Shown here one piece after another: positions 1-9,549 of a stretch of 64,000 bases of DNA. Below the pieces are notes generated by a model, which searched no databases, was not told where the DNA came from, and worked only from the letters and a program-made list of their open reading frames with translations. Source of the DNA: Elusimicrobiota bacterium (GTDB taxonomy: Bacteria; Elusimicrobiota; Elusimicrobia; Elusimicrobiales; UBA9959). Each line of letters begins with the position of its first letter. The stretch's first letter is position 1. The position numbers and the translations under genes are program-made. Location: NCBI GenBank assembly GCA_036574205.1, contig JAINCQ010000037.1:32001-96000 (forward strand), in the 5' to 3' direction.

Positions 1-1536
1 CGGGGTTAAAGAGCTAAAATCAGCAGTTGAAATTTGAGGGGAATTTAAATTGGTTAATTCTAAAGGATAAAAATAAACTGTAGCGTTTACTTGTAATGGA
101 TCGGGGGAACTTTTAAGAACAAGATCAGCTTTTAATCTTCTTATTAAATTTCCATTTTCATCATAATATCCAACTGAGGCACCATCTAATTCTGCAGTAG
201 TCTTGCCTAAGAATATATCCATATTTCCTATTTTTATTGATGGTTTAGGTGGATTAGTAGGTGTGGGTGGTTCATAAAATATATCTCCGTTTATTATTCT
301 TCCAGTAACTGGTCTTGAAAGTTCTAAATCTTCCTCAAAGCTTACTGTTCCAGATATTGGACCTGTTAGTATCCTTACATCAGACATATCTCCACTCATT
401 TCCATAGATGAATAATCAAATGTTATAGGCGAGTATGAAGTCAATGAACGTGGCTGAAAGTATGTTACCGGTATATTTCCTCTTCCGCCAAATAATACGA
501 GTATTCCATCAGGTTTTAACATGGAAAATTGATTTGAAATTCTATATGGTAGAAGTTTATATTGATTGGCTTCTACTGGAACCCTTGCCCCATTTTTATC
601 AAATATTTCCATAGCATCAACAAATCCCCATGTCCCATGATTTTGTCCTTCTTGTATTTCTTGAGAATCATTATCTTTGCTTTCTATATCATAACCATTA
701 TATTCATTATAACCACCTATTATGGCAACATTGCTGTTATTTAAAACAACAGCTGAATGATAGATTCTTGAAAAAAATAGAGGTTCTGGAGAAGGAGTAA
801 AGCTATTCGTTATAGGGTCATATATCTCTTGAGTCGGAGTAAAAGTTGCTGGATTTCCAAGCTGGGTTATTCCACCTGACATCAATACCTTTCCATTAGA
901 AAGAAGTGAAGCCGTGTGTCCAAACCTTGAAGATGTCATATTTGGTCCAGATTTAAATTGAGTGGTTGATGTTATAAATATTTCACAAGAATTTGTTACA
1001 GTTCCAGCATTAGATTGTCCTCCACATATCAAGACATTTCCTGACTCAGGACCTACAGTTAAAAGCGTTGCTGTGTGCCCTGCTCTTTGCAATAACATAG
1101 TATTGACTATTGGAGAGCATGTATATGGTGGTGATGAAAGACATATTTCAGCTGAGTTTGTTGGTGTTCCGGTTGATATTAGATTTTTTGGGAAGTTATT
1201 GGTATACGGTGAAGGTGGATTGGTTGGATAATGAAAAGAAATTGATGTATAACCTCCTGCTACAAGAATTCTGCCATCTGGAAGCAATGTCATAGTATGA
1301 TTTGTTCTTGAAGTATTTAGAGTTTTTGTCAGGAATGGTGTTCCACCTGCTGATGTTATTATAGGTGTTGAAATTTTTATTAAACATTGATTTGTAACAG
1401 TATTTATACCTGTAACCCCACCACATGTCATTGTATTTGCATTTGGAAGAAGAACTGAAGCAGTGTTAAATTGAGAAAAAAGATTAACTGAACATAATAA
1501 GATAAACAGAAATAAAATATCCTTCATATTTTTCAT
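1..1536 (-). CDS. Secreted kelch-repeat (beta-propeller) protein, runs off the left edge
   Basis: Not in the ORF track; translated by hand from ATG 1536. Signal-like MKNMKDILFLFILLCSVNLFSQ, then repeats RTNHTMTLLPDGRILVAGG, RAGHTATLL..GNVLICGG, RFGHTASLLSNGKVLMSGG, RIYHSAVVLNNSNVAIIGG. Open to position 1. Confidence 0.85.
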   Translation of the reverse strand, partial: MKNMKDILFLFILLCSVNLFSQFNTASVLLPNANTMTCGGVTGINTVTNQCLIKISTPIITSAGGTPFLTKTLNTSRTNHTMTLLPDGRILVAGGYTSISFHYPTNPPSPYTNNFPKNLISTGTPTNSAEICLSSPPYTCSPIVNTMLLQRAGHTATLLTVGPESGNVLICGGQSNAGTVTNSCEIFITSTTQFKSGPNMTSSRFGHTASLLSNGKVLMSGGITQLGNPATFTPTQEIYDPITNSFTPSPEPLFFSRIYHSAVVLNNSNVAIIGGYNEYNGYDIESKDNDSQEIQEGQNHGTWGFVDAMEIFDKNGARVPVEANQYKLLPYRISNQFSMLKPDGILVLFGGRGNIPVTYFQPRSLTSYSPITFDYSSMEMSGDMSDVRILTGPISGTVSFEEDLELSRPVTGRIINGDIFYEPPTPTNPPKPSIKIGNMDIFLGKTTAELDGASVGYYDENGNLIRRLKADLVLKSSPDPLQVNATVYFYPLELTNLNSPQISTADFSSLTP

Positions 1537-1588
1537 CTATATATATAATAGCAAAATTTTATTAAAAAAATATTAAACTTTTGTAAAA

Positions 1589-2095
1589 TCATTTAACTTC
1601 TAAAATTGAGTATTTCCCATCTTTTGTTTTATTTGCTTTTGGATCTAAAACTTTATTCCCGTCAACAATAAAAAAATATCTATACTCGCCAGGATCTTTT
1701 ATAAAAACTTCATACTCCCACTCTCCCGCATTTACTTTCTTCATATCTTTTTCTTTCCATCCGAAAAAACTTGCATTTATTTTTACTTTTTTAGCCTTTT
1801 TATTCTGATATTTGATTTTTATTTTTTGTGACTTTAAGGTGTGATTTTGCTTCTGAGCTTCAGGAGTTATTTGCTGATTTATTGGAGAAGTATCGGTTTT
1901 AACTTCGTTTTTTTGATCTGCTGTTTCATTTAGCTTAATTTGTTCGGCTGGTGAGTTTTTTTTAACAATTTTCGCCTCAGATATTTCAATCGTATCACCA
2001 TAAAGATATACACTAACTCTATTATAAATCATTTTTCCCGAAAAAACCATCAATATTACAGTTATAATTATTTTTAAAATTAATTTATTTTTCAT
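1589..2095 (-). CDS. Membrane-anchored protein with C-terminal CBM48/AMPK-beta-type glycogen-binding domain
   Basis: N-terminal TM helix; C-terminal AKKVKINASFFGW...GEYRYFFIVDG..VLDP motif. Confidence 0.75.
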   Translation of the reverse strand: MKNKLILKIIITVILMVFSGKMIYNRVSVYLYGDTIEISEAKIVKKNSPAEQIKLNETADQKNEVKTDTSPINQQITPEAQKQNHTLKSQKIKIKYQNKKAKKVKINASFFGWKEKDMKKVNAGEWEYEVFIKDPGEYRYFFIVDGNKVLDPKANKTKDGKYSILEVK

Positions 2096-2171
2096 ATTTA
2101 CCTCGCAAGCTTATATATAGAAACTCCCCTTTGCATAAATATTACCTTCCGTGACGATTTAATTGCTATAT

Positions 2172-2255
2172 CCTCTCTCCTTTTTTGGAGAGGGTTAGGG
2201 GGAGGAAATTTATTTTTCACCCTCATCCTTCACCTTCCCCCATCAAGGGGGAAGG
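2172..2255. repeat. Pair of REP-like palindromes
   Basis: CTCTCC-T6-GGAGAG (2175-2192) and CCTTCCCCC-ATCAA-GGGGGAAGG (2233-2255); resembles the widespread CCCTCTCCC..GGGAGAGGG intergenic element. Confidence 0.6.
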
Positions 2256-2288
2256 AATTTTAATATCTCAAAAGAACTCTCTCAGAGA

Positions 2289-2679
2289 TAAATTTTGCTC
2301 ACCGCTCATTTTTTCTCAAACCCTTGCTCCTCGCAAAACTGTAAGCGCAAGTTTTGCTGCGGACTTTCAAGTCACGCATAACCTTGTCGGCTTGCGCGAC
2401 CCCGCCTCGTTCGCCTGCATTGCCCAAAGCGAACTGCGGCCTTGCGAACAGCACGCGAAACCGTTTGAGGTTTCGCTCTAAAGGCAGTCCTCACCCGTGC
2501 AAAGCCAAACCATTGGGTTTGCTCAGAACCAGCAAGCGGGCGATGGGAATCGGTTGCAAATAAAATTCGCTCACCGCTCATTTTTTCGCAACCCGCCCCT
2601 CGTCCGACTGTATAGCCAAAGTCGGACTGCGGGCTTTCGATTCCCACGCAAAGCCTATCGGCTTTGCTCAGAACCAGCA
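2289..2679. repeat. GC-rich mosaic of repeated hairpin modules downstream of tRNA-Gly
   Basis: GCTCACCGCTCATTTTTTC twice (2297, 2569); three CCTCG-stem-loop-CTGCGG modules (2329, 2405, 2598); TTTGCTCAGAACCAGCAAGCGGGCGATGGGAATCG twice (2518, 2663). Confidence 0.8.
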
Positions 2680-2791
2680 AGCGGGCGATGGGAATCGAAC
2701 CCTATGCCGCTATGGTTGCTCAAATAGAGCTTCCCAGCGGGCGATGGGAATCGAACCCTGTGCCGCTATGGTCGCTCAAATAGAGCTTCCC
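2680..2791 (-). repeat. Two 56-bp tandem repeats, each carrying the tRNA-Gly 3' end (T-arm and acceptor strand)
   Basis: Units 2680-2735 and 2736-2791 differ at 2 positions; each begins on + with AGCGGGCGATGGGAATCGAACCC, identical to tRNA 2792-2814. Confidence 0.92.
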
Positions 2792-2862
2792 AGCGGGCGA
2801 TGGGAATCGAACCCACGTCTAAAGCTTGGGAAGCTCTCGTTCTACCATTGAACTACGCCCGC
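2792..2862 (-). tRNA. tRNA-Gly(CCC), CCA not encoded
   Basis: Reverse complement GCGGGCGTAGTTCAATGGTAGAACGAGAGCTTCCCAAGCTTTAGACGTGGGTTCGATTCCCATCGCCCGCT folds as a cloverleaf; anticodon loop TTCCCAA; T-loop TTCGATT. Confidence 0.96.
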
Positions 2863-2897
2863 ATCTTATTATACCTTTATAAAATTATACTAAAAAA

Positions 2898-3443
2898 TCA
2901 TCTATTTTTTATTAAACTCAAAAATTCATTTCTTATTTTTTCGTCTTTTTCAAAACAACCAAGCATTGAACTAGTTATAGCTATTGATGTTTCATTCCTT
3001 ACTCCTCTTGATGTCATGCACAGATGTTGAGCCTCTATTATAACTCCAACCCCTTTTGGTTTTATTTTCTCAAATATAGTTTTTGATATTTCAACAGTAA
3101 GCCTTTCTTGAATTTGTAGCCTTCTTGAAAAAACTTCTACAATTCTAGGAATTTTGGAAAGGCCTATTATAACTCCATCTGGAATATATGCAACATGTGC
3201 CTTGCCAAAAAATGGAAGAAGGTGGTGTTCACAAGTCGAATAAAATGTTATGTCTTTTACTATAACCATCTCTTTATAATCAACTTTGAAAAAAGCGCCG
3301 TTTAAAACTTTATCTATATCCTGAGAATACCCACTAAAAATTTCACCCAATGCCTTCCTTACCCTTTCCGGGGTTTTTATAAGACCTTCCCTTTTCGGAT
3401 TATCCCCTATCTTTTTAATTAGTTCTTCTATGTTTTTTTCCAT
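2898..3443 (-). CDS. folE: GTP cyclohydrolase I
   Basis: CEHHLLPFFG, GLSKIPR, RRLQIQERLT and HLCM..RG motifs. Confidence 0.97.
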   Translation of the reverse strand: MEKNIEELIKKIGDNPKREGLIKTPERVRKALGEIFSGYSQDIDKVLNGAFFKVDYKEMVIVKDITFYSTCEHHLLPFFGKAHVAYIPDGVIIGLSKIPRIVEVFSRRLQIQERLTVEISKTIFEKIKPKGVGVIIEAQHLCMTSRGVRNETSIAITSSMLGCFEKDEKIRNEFLSLIKNR

Positions 3444-3508
3444 AAAATAATTTTATCAAATTTAAGATATTATTTTAAACTTTTTTATTATTTATTTACT
3501 ATTGGATT

Positions 3509-4045
3509 TTATTTTTTACCAGAGTTTGCTATGTAAAGCCATTTTGAAGAGGCAGATACTTTATTTGAAGCCTTTAAAGCTTCGTCAAGGGATTTGTTAA
3601 TTTCAATAAAATTTTTATTTAATATAATTAACTCCTTTCCTTTTGATTTTTTGTTTGAGGGAGACATCCTGTATTTTGGTGTATTTTTTTGTGAAATTAG
3701 CTTTTTTACCTTTAATAATTTTACTCTTATTTTGTTAGAATATAGTTTCATTAATTTAAAATACTTTAAATTTTCTTTATCTACTTTTAAATCTATTAGC
3801 ATAGCACGTTGTTTTAACGCTATTTTTTCCATATCATTTTTAGCACATATTAATTCTTCTGCTGATATTTTGCTATTTGGATTTGATAATATTTTATCAA
3901 GAGCATTATCTACCTTTACAAAATCAAATAAGATTGCTTCAAATTCATTATCATAAGTATTAGTTTGGATGTTTTTAGAAAAAGATGTTTTTACAAATAA
4001 GAATGTTGTGGCAGATAATATTATAATAATTTTTATAACTTTCAT
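3509..4045 (-). CDS. Hypothetical exported helical protein
   Basis: 178-aa ORF with signal peptide and GGAG RBS; no family recognised. Confidence 0.6.
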   Translation of the reverse strand: MKVIKIIIILSATTFLFVKTSFSKNIQTNTYDNEFEAILFDFVKVDNALDKILSNPNSKISAEELICAKNDMEKIALKQRAMLIDLKVDKENLKYFKLMKLYSNKIRVKLLKVKKLISQKNTPKYRMSPSNKKSKGKELIILNKNFIEINKSLDEALKASNKVSASSKWLYIANSGKK

Positions 4046-4161
4046 AAATTACTCCTATAAATATTACTCGATTAATAAAAAAGCTTAGTGAACTCTAATT
4101 ATTTTATATATCATCTTTTTTGATTATAAAAGGGGCAATGGTTTTAAGAAAAAATGGGACC

Positions 4162-5619
4162 TTAGGGTATCTTAAGAGTTTTTATATAGTTTATTGCTTG
4201 TTTCTGAGTTTTTATTTTACCTTCAAGTTGTAGATTTATTAGTTTTTTCAGTATTTTCCCAACATTCGGTCCAGATGGTATATTAAGATTTTTCATTATA
4301 GTATCCCCATTTATAAGAGGCTTTATATCGGATTTTGAATTATATTTTTCATAATTTTTAATTATTGAGTTTACAACCTGTAAAAATCTTAATGTTTTTT
4401 TAAATCCAGTCCTAGGTAATTTGTTTGTTATTGCAAATGGCTTTGCCTTTGTTTTTTTATAAGATTTTTCAAGTTTTTTTTCACTTATATAACTTGAATG
4501 ATCACCCCATGATAATATCAAAAGTCCAAGTGCTGCCTCTTTTAAATCATAAAATATTCTCAATATAGCTTTTTGCGTTATTATATTATTATGTGCAATA
4601 TTGCCTATCCTGAGATGATTTGCTATTATTGTTTTTATATACTTTATTTCATTATTTGAAAACCTATAATCTCTTAATATTCTTTCTGCAAGTATTGCCC
4701 CATATTCTTCATGACCAAAAAATCTGAGCCTGTTGTCTATAACCTTTGCTTTATGAGGCTTTGCAATATCATGCAAAAGAGCGGCCATTTTTATTTCGTT
4801 TTTTCGGTTTTCTATTTCTTCTATAACTTTTTTTGAAGCAGATAAATACTTTTTTGGTGAAAGATAAAGTATATCAAGTCTTTTCAGGACATTAAAGGTG
4901 TGTTTTAATACACCTCCCTTACCATAATAGATTTCAGCGCATTTTATCTGAGATTTAAGAATAGGTAGAATTTCAAATAAAACTTCACTTTCAGCCATTT
5001 TTTTAAATACTGAAGATGAGTTATCAGATTTAAGTATTTTTAAAATCTCTTCCCTTATCCTCTCCTTAGCGGAAAGAGAAATAAGCTTCTTACAGTCAAC
5101 TATTTCTTTATGTGTTTTTGGGCTTATTTTAAAGCCCCAAGACATAAATCTATATGCTCTTAAAATTCTCAAAGGGTCATCATGAAAACTTTCTGGAGTA
5201 ATAGTTTTTATAATTTTATGTTTTAAATCTTTTATCCCTCCAGTTAAATTTATTATGTTTTTTGGGTTTAGCCTTAAATTAAATTTTTCATTTGTTATCT
5301 TTATGTTGGAGTTTTTTAATGGCACGGTAAGAGAATTTATTGTAAAATCCCTTTTGAATATGTCGGAGTTTATATCGTCTATGCGGGAAATATCTACAGT
5401 GAGATTTTTGAAGAGATTTATTCTGTATATTCCTCTTTCCTTATCAAGAGGAAAGATGTTATATTTGTTTGATATTTTTTTTAGTATCTCAAAAAAAAAT
5501 TTTGGGTTAGCGGATATAACAATATCAATATCGTATATATCTTCTTTAAGAAAATAATCTCTTATGGCTCCGCCAACGAGATAAGTTTCATAATCTCTTA
5601 ATAAATAAAACAAATCCAT
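4162..5619 (-). CDS. cca: CCA tRNA nucleotidyltransferase / poly(A) polymerase family with HD domain
   Basis: LVGGAIRD, DIDI, RDFTINS, DDPLRILRAYRF, LLHDIAKP. Confidence 0.88.
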   Translation of the reverse strand: MDLFYLLRDYETYLVGGAIRDYFLKEDIYDIDIVISANPKFFFEILKKISNKYNIFPLDKERGIYRINLFKNLTVDISRIDDINSDIFKRDFTINSLTVPLKNSNIKITNEKFNLRLNPKNIINLTGGIKDLKHKIIKTITPESFHDDPLRILRAYRFMSWGFKISPKTHKEIVDCKKLISLSAKERIREEILKILKSDNSSSVFKKMAESEVLFEILPILKSQIKCAEIYYGKGGVLKHTFNVLKRLDILYLSPKKYLSASKKVIEEIENRKNEIKMAALLHDIAKPHKAKVIDNRLRFFGHEEYGAILAERILRDYRFSNNEIKYIKTIIANHLRIGNIAHNNIITQKAILRIFYDLKEAALGLLILSWGDHSSYISEKKLEKSYKKTKAKPFAITNKLPRTGFKKTLRFLQVVNSIIKNYEKYNSKSDIKPLINGDTIMKNLNIPSGPNVGKILKKLINLQLEGKIKTQKQAINYIKTLKIP

Positions 5620-5647
5620 ATTTTTAATTTTAACATTTTTAAAAATG

Positions 5648-6526
5648 CTACTTTGCTATTCCTTTGTTTCTTGGGTCAAATATGTCTCTAAAAGCATCTC
5701 CTACAAGATTAAATCCAAGGACAAAAAAGAATATAAAAGCAGATGGTATTAATACAATATGCGAATATTCAGCCGGGTTTGAAAAACTTTGTATTATCCA
5801 GTTTCTTGACATAGAGATAATCTGTCCCCAATCAGAATATCCCGGGGGAGAACCAAGTCCAAGAAAGCTGAGAGAAGAAGCCATCAAAACTACATTTGCA
5901 ATATCCAGCGAAGCCATTATAACGATTGTATATACTGAATTTGGTATTATGTGTTTTTTTAGTATCCACCAGGAGCTTGCACCAAGTATTTTTGGATATA
6001 AAACAAAATCCATAGATTTTATTTTTAATATTTCGCTTCTAAAAAGTCTTGCATAAGAAGGCCATGAAACAAGAGCTAAAGCAATGATTATTTTATTTAT
6101 CCCGGGTCCTAAAACACTTGCTATAACCATTGCAAGAACAAGTGATGGTATTGAAAGAACTATATCGGTAAATCTCATTATAATTTCATCAAGCCATCTG
6201 CCATAATATCCGCTAATCCATCCTAAAATTATCCCTATAAAAAATGAAATAATTATTACTACAATGCTTATTTTAAATGCGAGCCTTGTTCCCCATACCA
6301 TTGCATAAAAAATGTCATATTGATTTTGGGTTGTGCCAAAGATAGCTTTTGAAGATGGCTTTTGGGGCTCAATGGAAAATCCATGTTGATTGGTTATGTA
6401 AGGGTCTATGTTTTGAGGTTTTGCGATAAGAGGAGCTAAAATGGCGATAATTATATAAGCTGATATAATAATTAATCCTATCGTAGATTGCTTATTGGAT
6501 AATAATTTTTTTATAATTTCATTCAT
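5648..6526 (-). CDS. oppC: Oligopeptide/dipeptide ABC transporter permease (OppC/DppC)
   Basis: GYYG.WLDEIIMRFTD, KHIIPN, LSFLGLG, GDAFRDIFDPR; ATG 6526 overlaps the oppB stop. Confidence 0.92.
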   Translation of the reverse strand: MNEIIKKLLSNKQSTIGLIIISAYIIIAILAPLIAKPQNIDPYITNQHGFSIEPQKPSSKAIFGTTQNQYDIFYAMVWGTRLAFKISIVVIIISFFIGIILGWISGYYGRWLDEIIMRFTDIVLSIPSLVLAMVIASVLGPGINKIIIALALVSWPSYARLFRSEILKIKSMDFVLYPKILGASSWWILKKHIIPNSVYTIVIMASLDIANVVLMASSLSFLGLGSPPGYSDWGQIISMSRNWIIQSFSNPAEYSHIVLIPSAFIFFFVLGFNLVGDAFRDIFDPRNKGIAK

Positions 6527-7550
6527 ATCGTATTCTTGGATCAACAATAGCGTATAAAATATCTATAATAAAATTTCCAACAACAAATAATAAAGAAATA
6601 ACTATAGCAAAACCCATAACCCCGCTTATATCAAGCTGGCTTGCTGCTTTAACCCCCCAGCTTCCTATACCTGGCCAGTCAAATATAGTTTCGGTTATCA
6701 CCACTCCTCCTAAAAGCCTTATAAGCTGTAGTCCCCCTATCGTTATCTGCGGTATAAGTATATTCTTTTTTATATGTTTATTTATGATATATTTTTCATC
6801 AAGTCCCTTTGCTTTAAGGGTTCTGACATAGTCCTTATTAATCTCTTCAATAGCCGATGTCCTTGTTATTTTTATAAAAACTGCGGATGTTCCAAGAAAT
6901 ATAGAAAAGGCAGGAAGAAAAAGATGTTTTAATGAATCTATAAAAATAAAAAAGTTTAAATTTAAAATTGAGTCTATCAGCATAAAATTTGTATATCTAA
7001 TAAATTTCCCGCTTGATATAATTATGTCAGTTTCCACTGAATATCTCTGTGGCTCAAATATTCCCAGTATTCCATAAAAAATCAACAAAAGCATTATGCC
7101 TATTATAAAAGAAGGCATTGAGTAAAAAAATGACGAAAAAAATCTTACAGTTTTATCTATCCATAAACCCTGTTTTAGGGCAGAGATAAGTCCCAGAAAA
7201 TTTCCTATTAAGAATATTGGAATTATTGAAAAAAGAGCAAGTTCTATAGTTGCGGGTAAATACGTTTTTATGGCATCAGAAACTTTCATCCTTGCAGTTT
7301 GAGAATATCCTAAATCTCCTTTAAGCATTTTTGAAAGCCATTTCAGATATCTTATAGGTATTGGTTTATCCAGATTATATTGGGTTATTAGTTCATTTAT
7401 CTCCTCTGATGTAAGTTCTTTATCGGAGGTAGAGTATGAGATTGCAAGTGTTGATGGTGGAAGTATGTTTATTATTGTAAATAATATGAATGTTATCCCC
7501 AAAAAAGTAAGTGGAAGTAATAAAATTTTTCTCAAAAAAAATTTTTTCAT
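6519..7550 (-). CDS. oppB: Oligopeptide/dipeptide ABC transporter permease (OppB/DppB)
   Basis: GDLGYS, PATIELA, DYVRTLKAKGL, ETIFDWPGIG, DPRIRY. Confidence 0.93.
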   Translation of the reverse strand: MKKFFLRKILLLPLTFLGITFILFTIINILPPSTLAISYSTSDKELTSEEINELITQYNLDKPIPIRYLKWLSKMLKGDLGYSQTARMKVSDAIKTYLPATIELALFSIIPIFLIGNFLGLISALKQGLWIDKTVRFFSSFFYSMPSFIIGIMLLLIFYGILGIFEPQRYSVETDIIISSGKFIRYTNFMLIDSILNLNFFIFIDSLKHLFLPAFSIFLGTSAVFIKITRTSAIEEINKDYVRTLKAKGLDEKYIINKHIKKNILIPQITIGGLQLIRLLGGVVITETIFDWPGIGSWGVKAASQLDISGVMGFAIVISLLFVVGNFIIDILYAIVDPRIRYE

Positions 7551-8668
7551 TCTTTTGCCATCTCCGCTATTATTGATTTTGCAACATCCTTTGAAATTAT
7601 AGCCTCTTTTATATTTAGTTTTTCATAAGGTGTATGAACATTTTTCATCCCTGTGGGGATATTTGCTGTCTTTATTCCCATTTTAAAAAAATTATTTGCG
7701 TCAGTTCCGCCAAAACTTTTTATAAATTTGGCTTTTAATCCAATCTTTTTATATGAGTTTTCTATATTTTTTAATAATACCTTATCTTTTTCTATTGAAA
7801 AGCTTTCAAATCTTTTTCTTATATTAATTAAACATTTTGATTTTTTATACTCTTTTTGACTGGATACAAAGTCAACTATCTGCTTTATTTTGCTTTCAAC
7901 TTTAATTATCTCTTTTAAATCAAAACTACGTATCTCTCCCTCAGCTTGCGCAAAAGGTGGAACTATGTTTATTCCTGATCCTCCTTTTACAAATCCAATA
8001 TTTATAGTAGTGTTTTTTGAAATCCTTCCCTGTGTTATTTGGGATATTATTTTTGAAATTATAGATATAGCTGAAACTCCTTTCTCTGGTTCTACCCCGG
8101 AATGTGCCGCAATCCCTTTAACATCTATTGTGAAATTATCCACTCCGACTGATGATATAACCACTTCATTTATTTTCTTTTCATTATCAAATACAAGTCC
8201 ATATTTAGATTTTAAGAGATCTTTTTTCATAAATCTTGTCCCTAAAAGCCCTATTTCCTCGCATACCGAAAATACCAGTTCAAGTGGAGGATGATTAATT
8301 TTTTCTTTTATTAACTCTTTTACAGCATGGATTATTATTGCTATACCAGCCTTGCAATCAGCTCCAAGTATTGTTTTGTTAGCTGTTGTTATAAAACCGT
8401 TTTTTACAATTATATTTGGTTTTGTTTCAGTTGATACTGTGTCAAGATGCGCTGAAAGAAGGAAAGGCTTTAATTTTTTGTCACCAGGTATTTTGACTAT
8501 AAGATTACCTGTTTCGCTTTGAGTAAACTTTTGAGTTTCATCTATTATAATTTCAGATGAAATTTCACTTAATTCTTTTTTTACATATTCGCATATTTGT
8601 TTTTCTTTTCTTGAAGGAGATATTATCTCAGCCATTTCGCAAAAGGTTTTTATCATTGGACTAATCAT
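7547..8668 (-). CDS. M20 family peptidase (peptidase T-like)
   Basis: SAHLDTV, LGADCKAG, CEEIGL, AHSG..PEKG, GGTDAN, HTPYE. Confidence 0.9.
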   Translation of the reverse strand: MISPMIKTFCEMAEIISPSRKEKQICEYVKKELSEISSEIIIDETQKFTQSETGNLIVKIPGDKKLKPFLLSAHLDTVSTETKPNIIVKNGFITTANKTILGADCKAGIAIIIHAVKELIKEKINHPPLELVFSVCEEIGLLGTRFMKKDLLKSKYGLVFDNEKKINEVVISSVGVDNFTIDVKGIAAHSGVEPEKGVSAISIISKIISQITQGRISKNTTINIGFVKGGSGINIVPPFAQAEGEIRSFDLKEIIKVESKIKQIVDFVSSQKEYKKSKCLINIRKRFESFSIEKDKVLLKNIENSYKKIGLKAKFIKSFGGTDANNFFKMGIKTANIPTGMKNVHTPYEKLNIKEAIISKDVAKSIIAEMAKE

Positions 8669-9549
8669 TTACTTACCTCTATGCATTTGTAATAGTGATT
8701 TTTTCCTGCGGATGAGACTTTTCCATCAAATTTAAGGCATGCTTCTGAAAATTCTATACAGATATTTGAGAATACACAGGCTGAATTTACTTCTCTTTCA
8801 ACTATGGATATTTTCTCATTTTTTTTGTCAGTTGAAAGTATAGATGATATGAGAAGTTTTGTGTATGGATGCGCTGGTTTTGTTATAACAGCCTGAGTAT
8901 CCCCCCATTCAAGCATCTCTCCTTTATAAAGTATTATAACTTTGTTTGTTAAATAATATATAGATGATATATCGTGTGAGACAAAAATTAGCGTAAATTT
9001 ATACTCTTTCAAAAGATCTTTTAATAAATTTAGAATCTGAGCTGAAATTGATATGTCAAGGCTTGAAATAGGTTCATCGCATATTAATAAATCAGGTTTT
9101 GTTATTATAGCTCTTGCTATAGCAACCCTTTGTTTTTGTCCACCTGAAAGTTGATGTGGATATTTATGTGCCAGATCATAAGAAAGTCCAACCTTTAAGA
9201 TTGTTTCAGTAAATAACTTATCCAGGTTTTTTTTGTCTTTTGGTTTTTGGAGTAGAAGTGGTTCCAATACAATATCTTTTATTTTCATTCGTGGATTAAG
9301 ACTTGACGCAGGATCCTGAAAAATATACTGTATATGTATAGTGGGAGAATTTTCGTTTGTATTGAATTTGATCTCCCCCTTAGTTGCTTTTTCAACTTGA
9401 GCTATAGCCTTACATAAAGTAGTTTTCCCGCTTCCAGACTGGCCCGCTATCCCAAGGGCATCGCCTTTTTCAATATCAAATGAGATATTTTTTAAAGCGA
9501 AAAAATTTTTATATTTTACGCTCAGGTCTTTTATTTCAAGTATTTTCAT
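8665..9549 (-). CDS. oppF: Oligopeptide ABC transporter ATPase (OppF/DppF)
   Basis: [23 protein letters not shown], Cys-rich tail. Confidence 0.92.
   Translation of the reverse strand: MKILEIKDLSVKYKNFFALKNISFDIEKGDALGIAGQSGSGKTTLCKAIAQVEKATKGEIKFNTNENSPTIHIQYIFQDPASSLNPRMKIKDIVLEPLLLQKPKDKKNLDKLFTETILKVGLSYDLAHKYPHQLSGGQKQRVAIARAIITKPDLLICDEPISSLDISISAQILNLLKDLLKEYKFTLIFVSHDISSIYYLTNKVIILYKGEMLEWGDTQAVITKPAHPYTKLLISSILSTDKKNEKISIVEREVNSACVFSNICIEFSEACLKFDGKVSSAGKNHYYKCIEVSK

Noticed and set aside
2535..2814. CRISPR array
   Set aside because: The repeat is the tRNA 3' end, the two short spacers are near-identical, and no cas genes are present.
2535..2862. Prophage or genomic island integrated at tRNA-Gly
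   Set aside because: The att-like copies are only 56-145 bp apart, and no integrase or phage gene is in the window.
2185..3030. ORFs of 69-102 aa over the repeat and tRNA region
   Set aside because: They overlap the tRNA and palindromes and are by-products of locally high GC.
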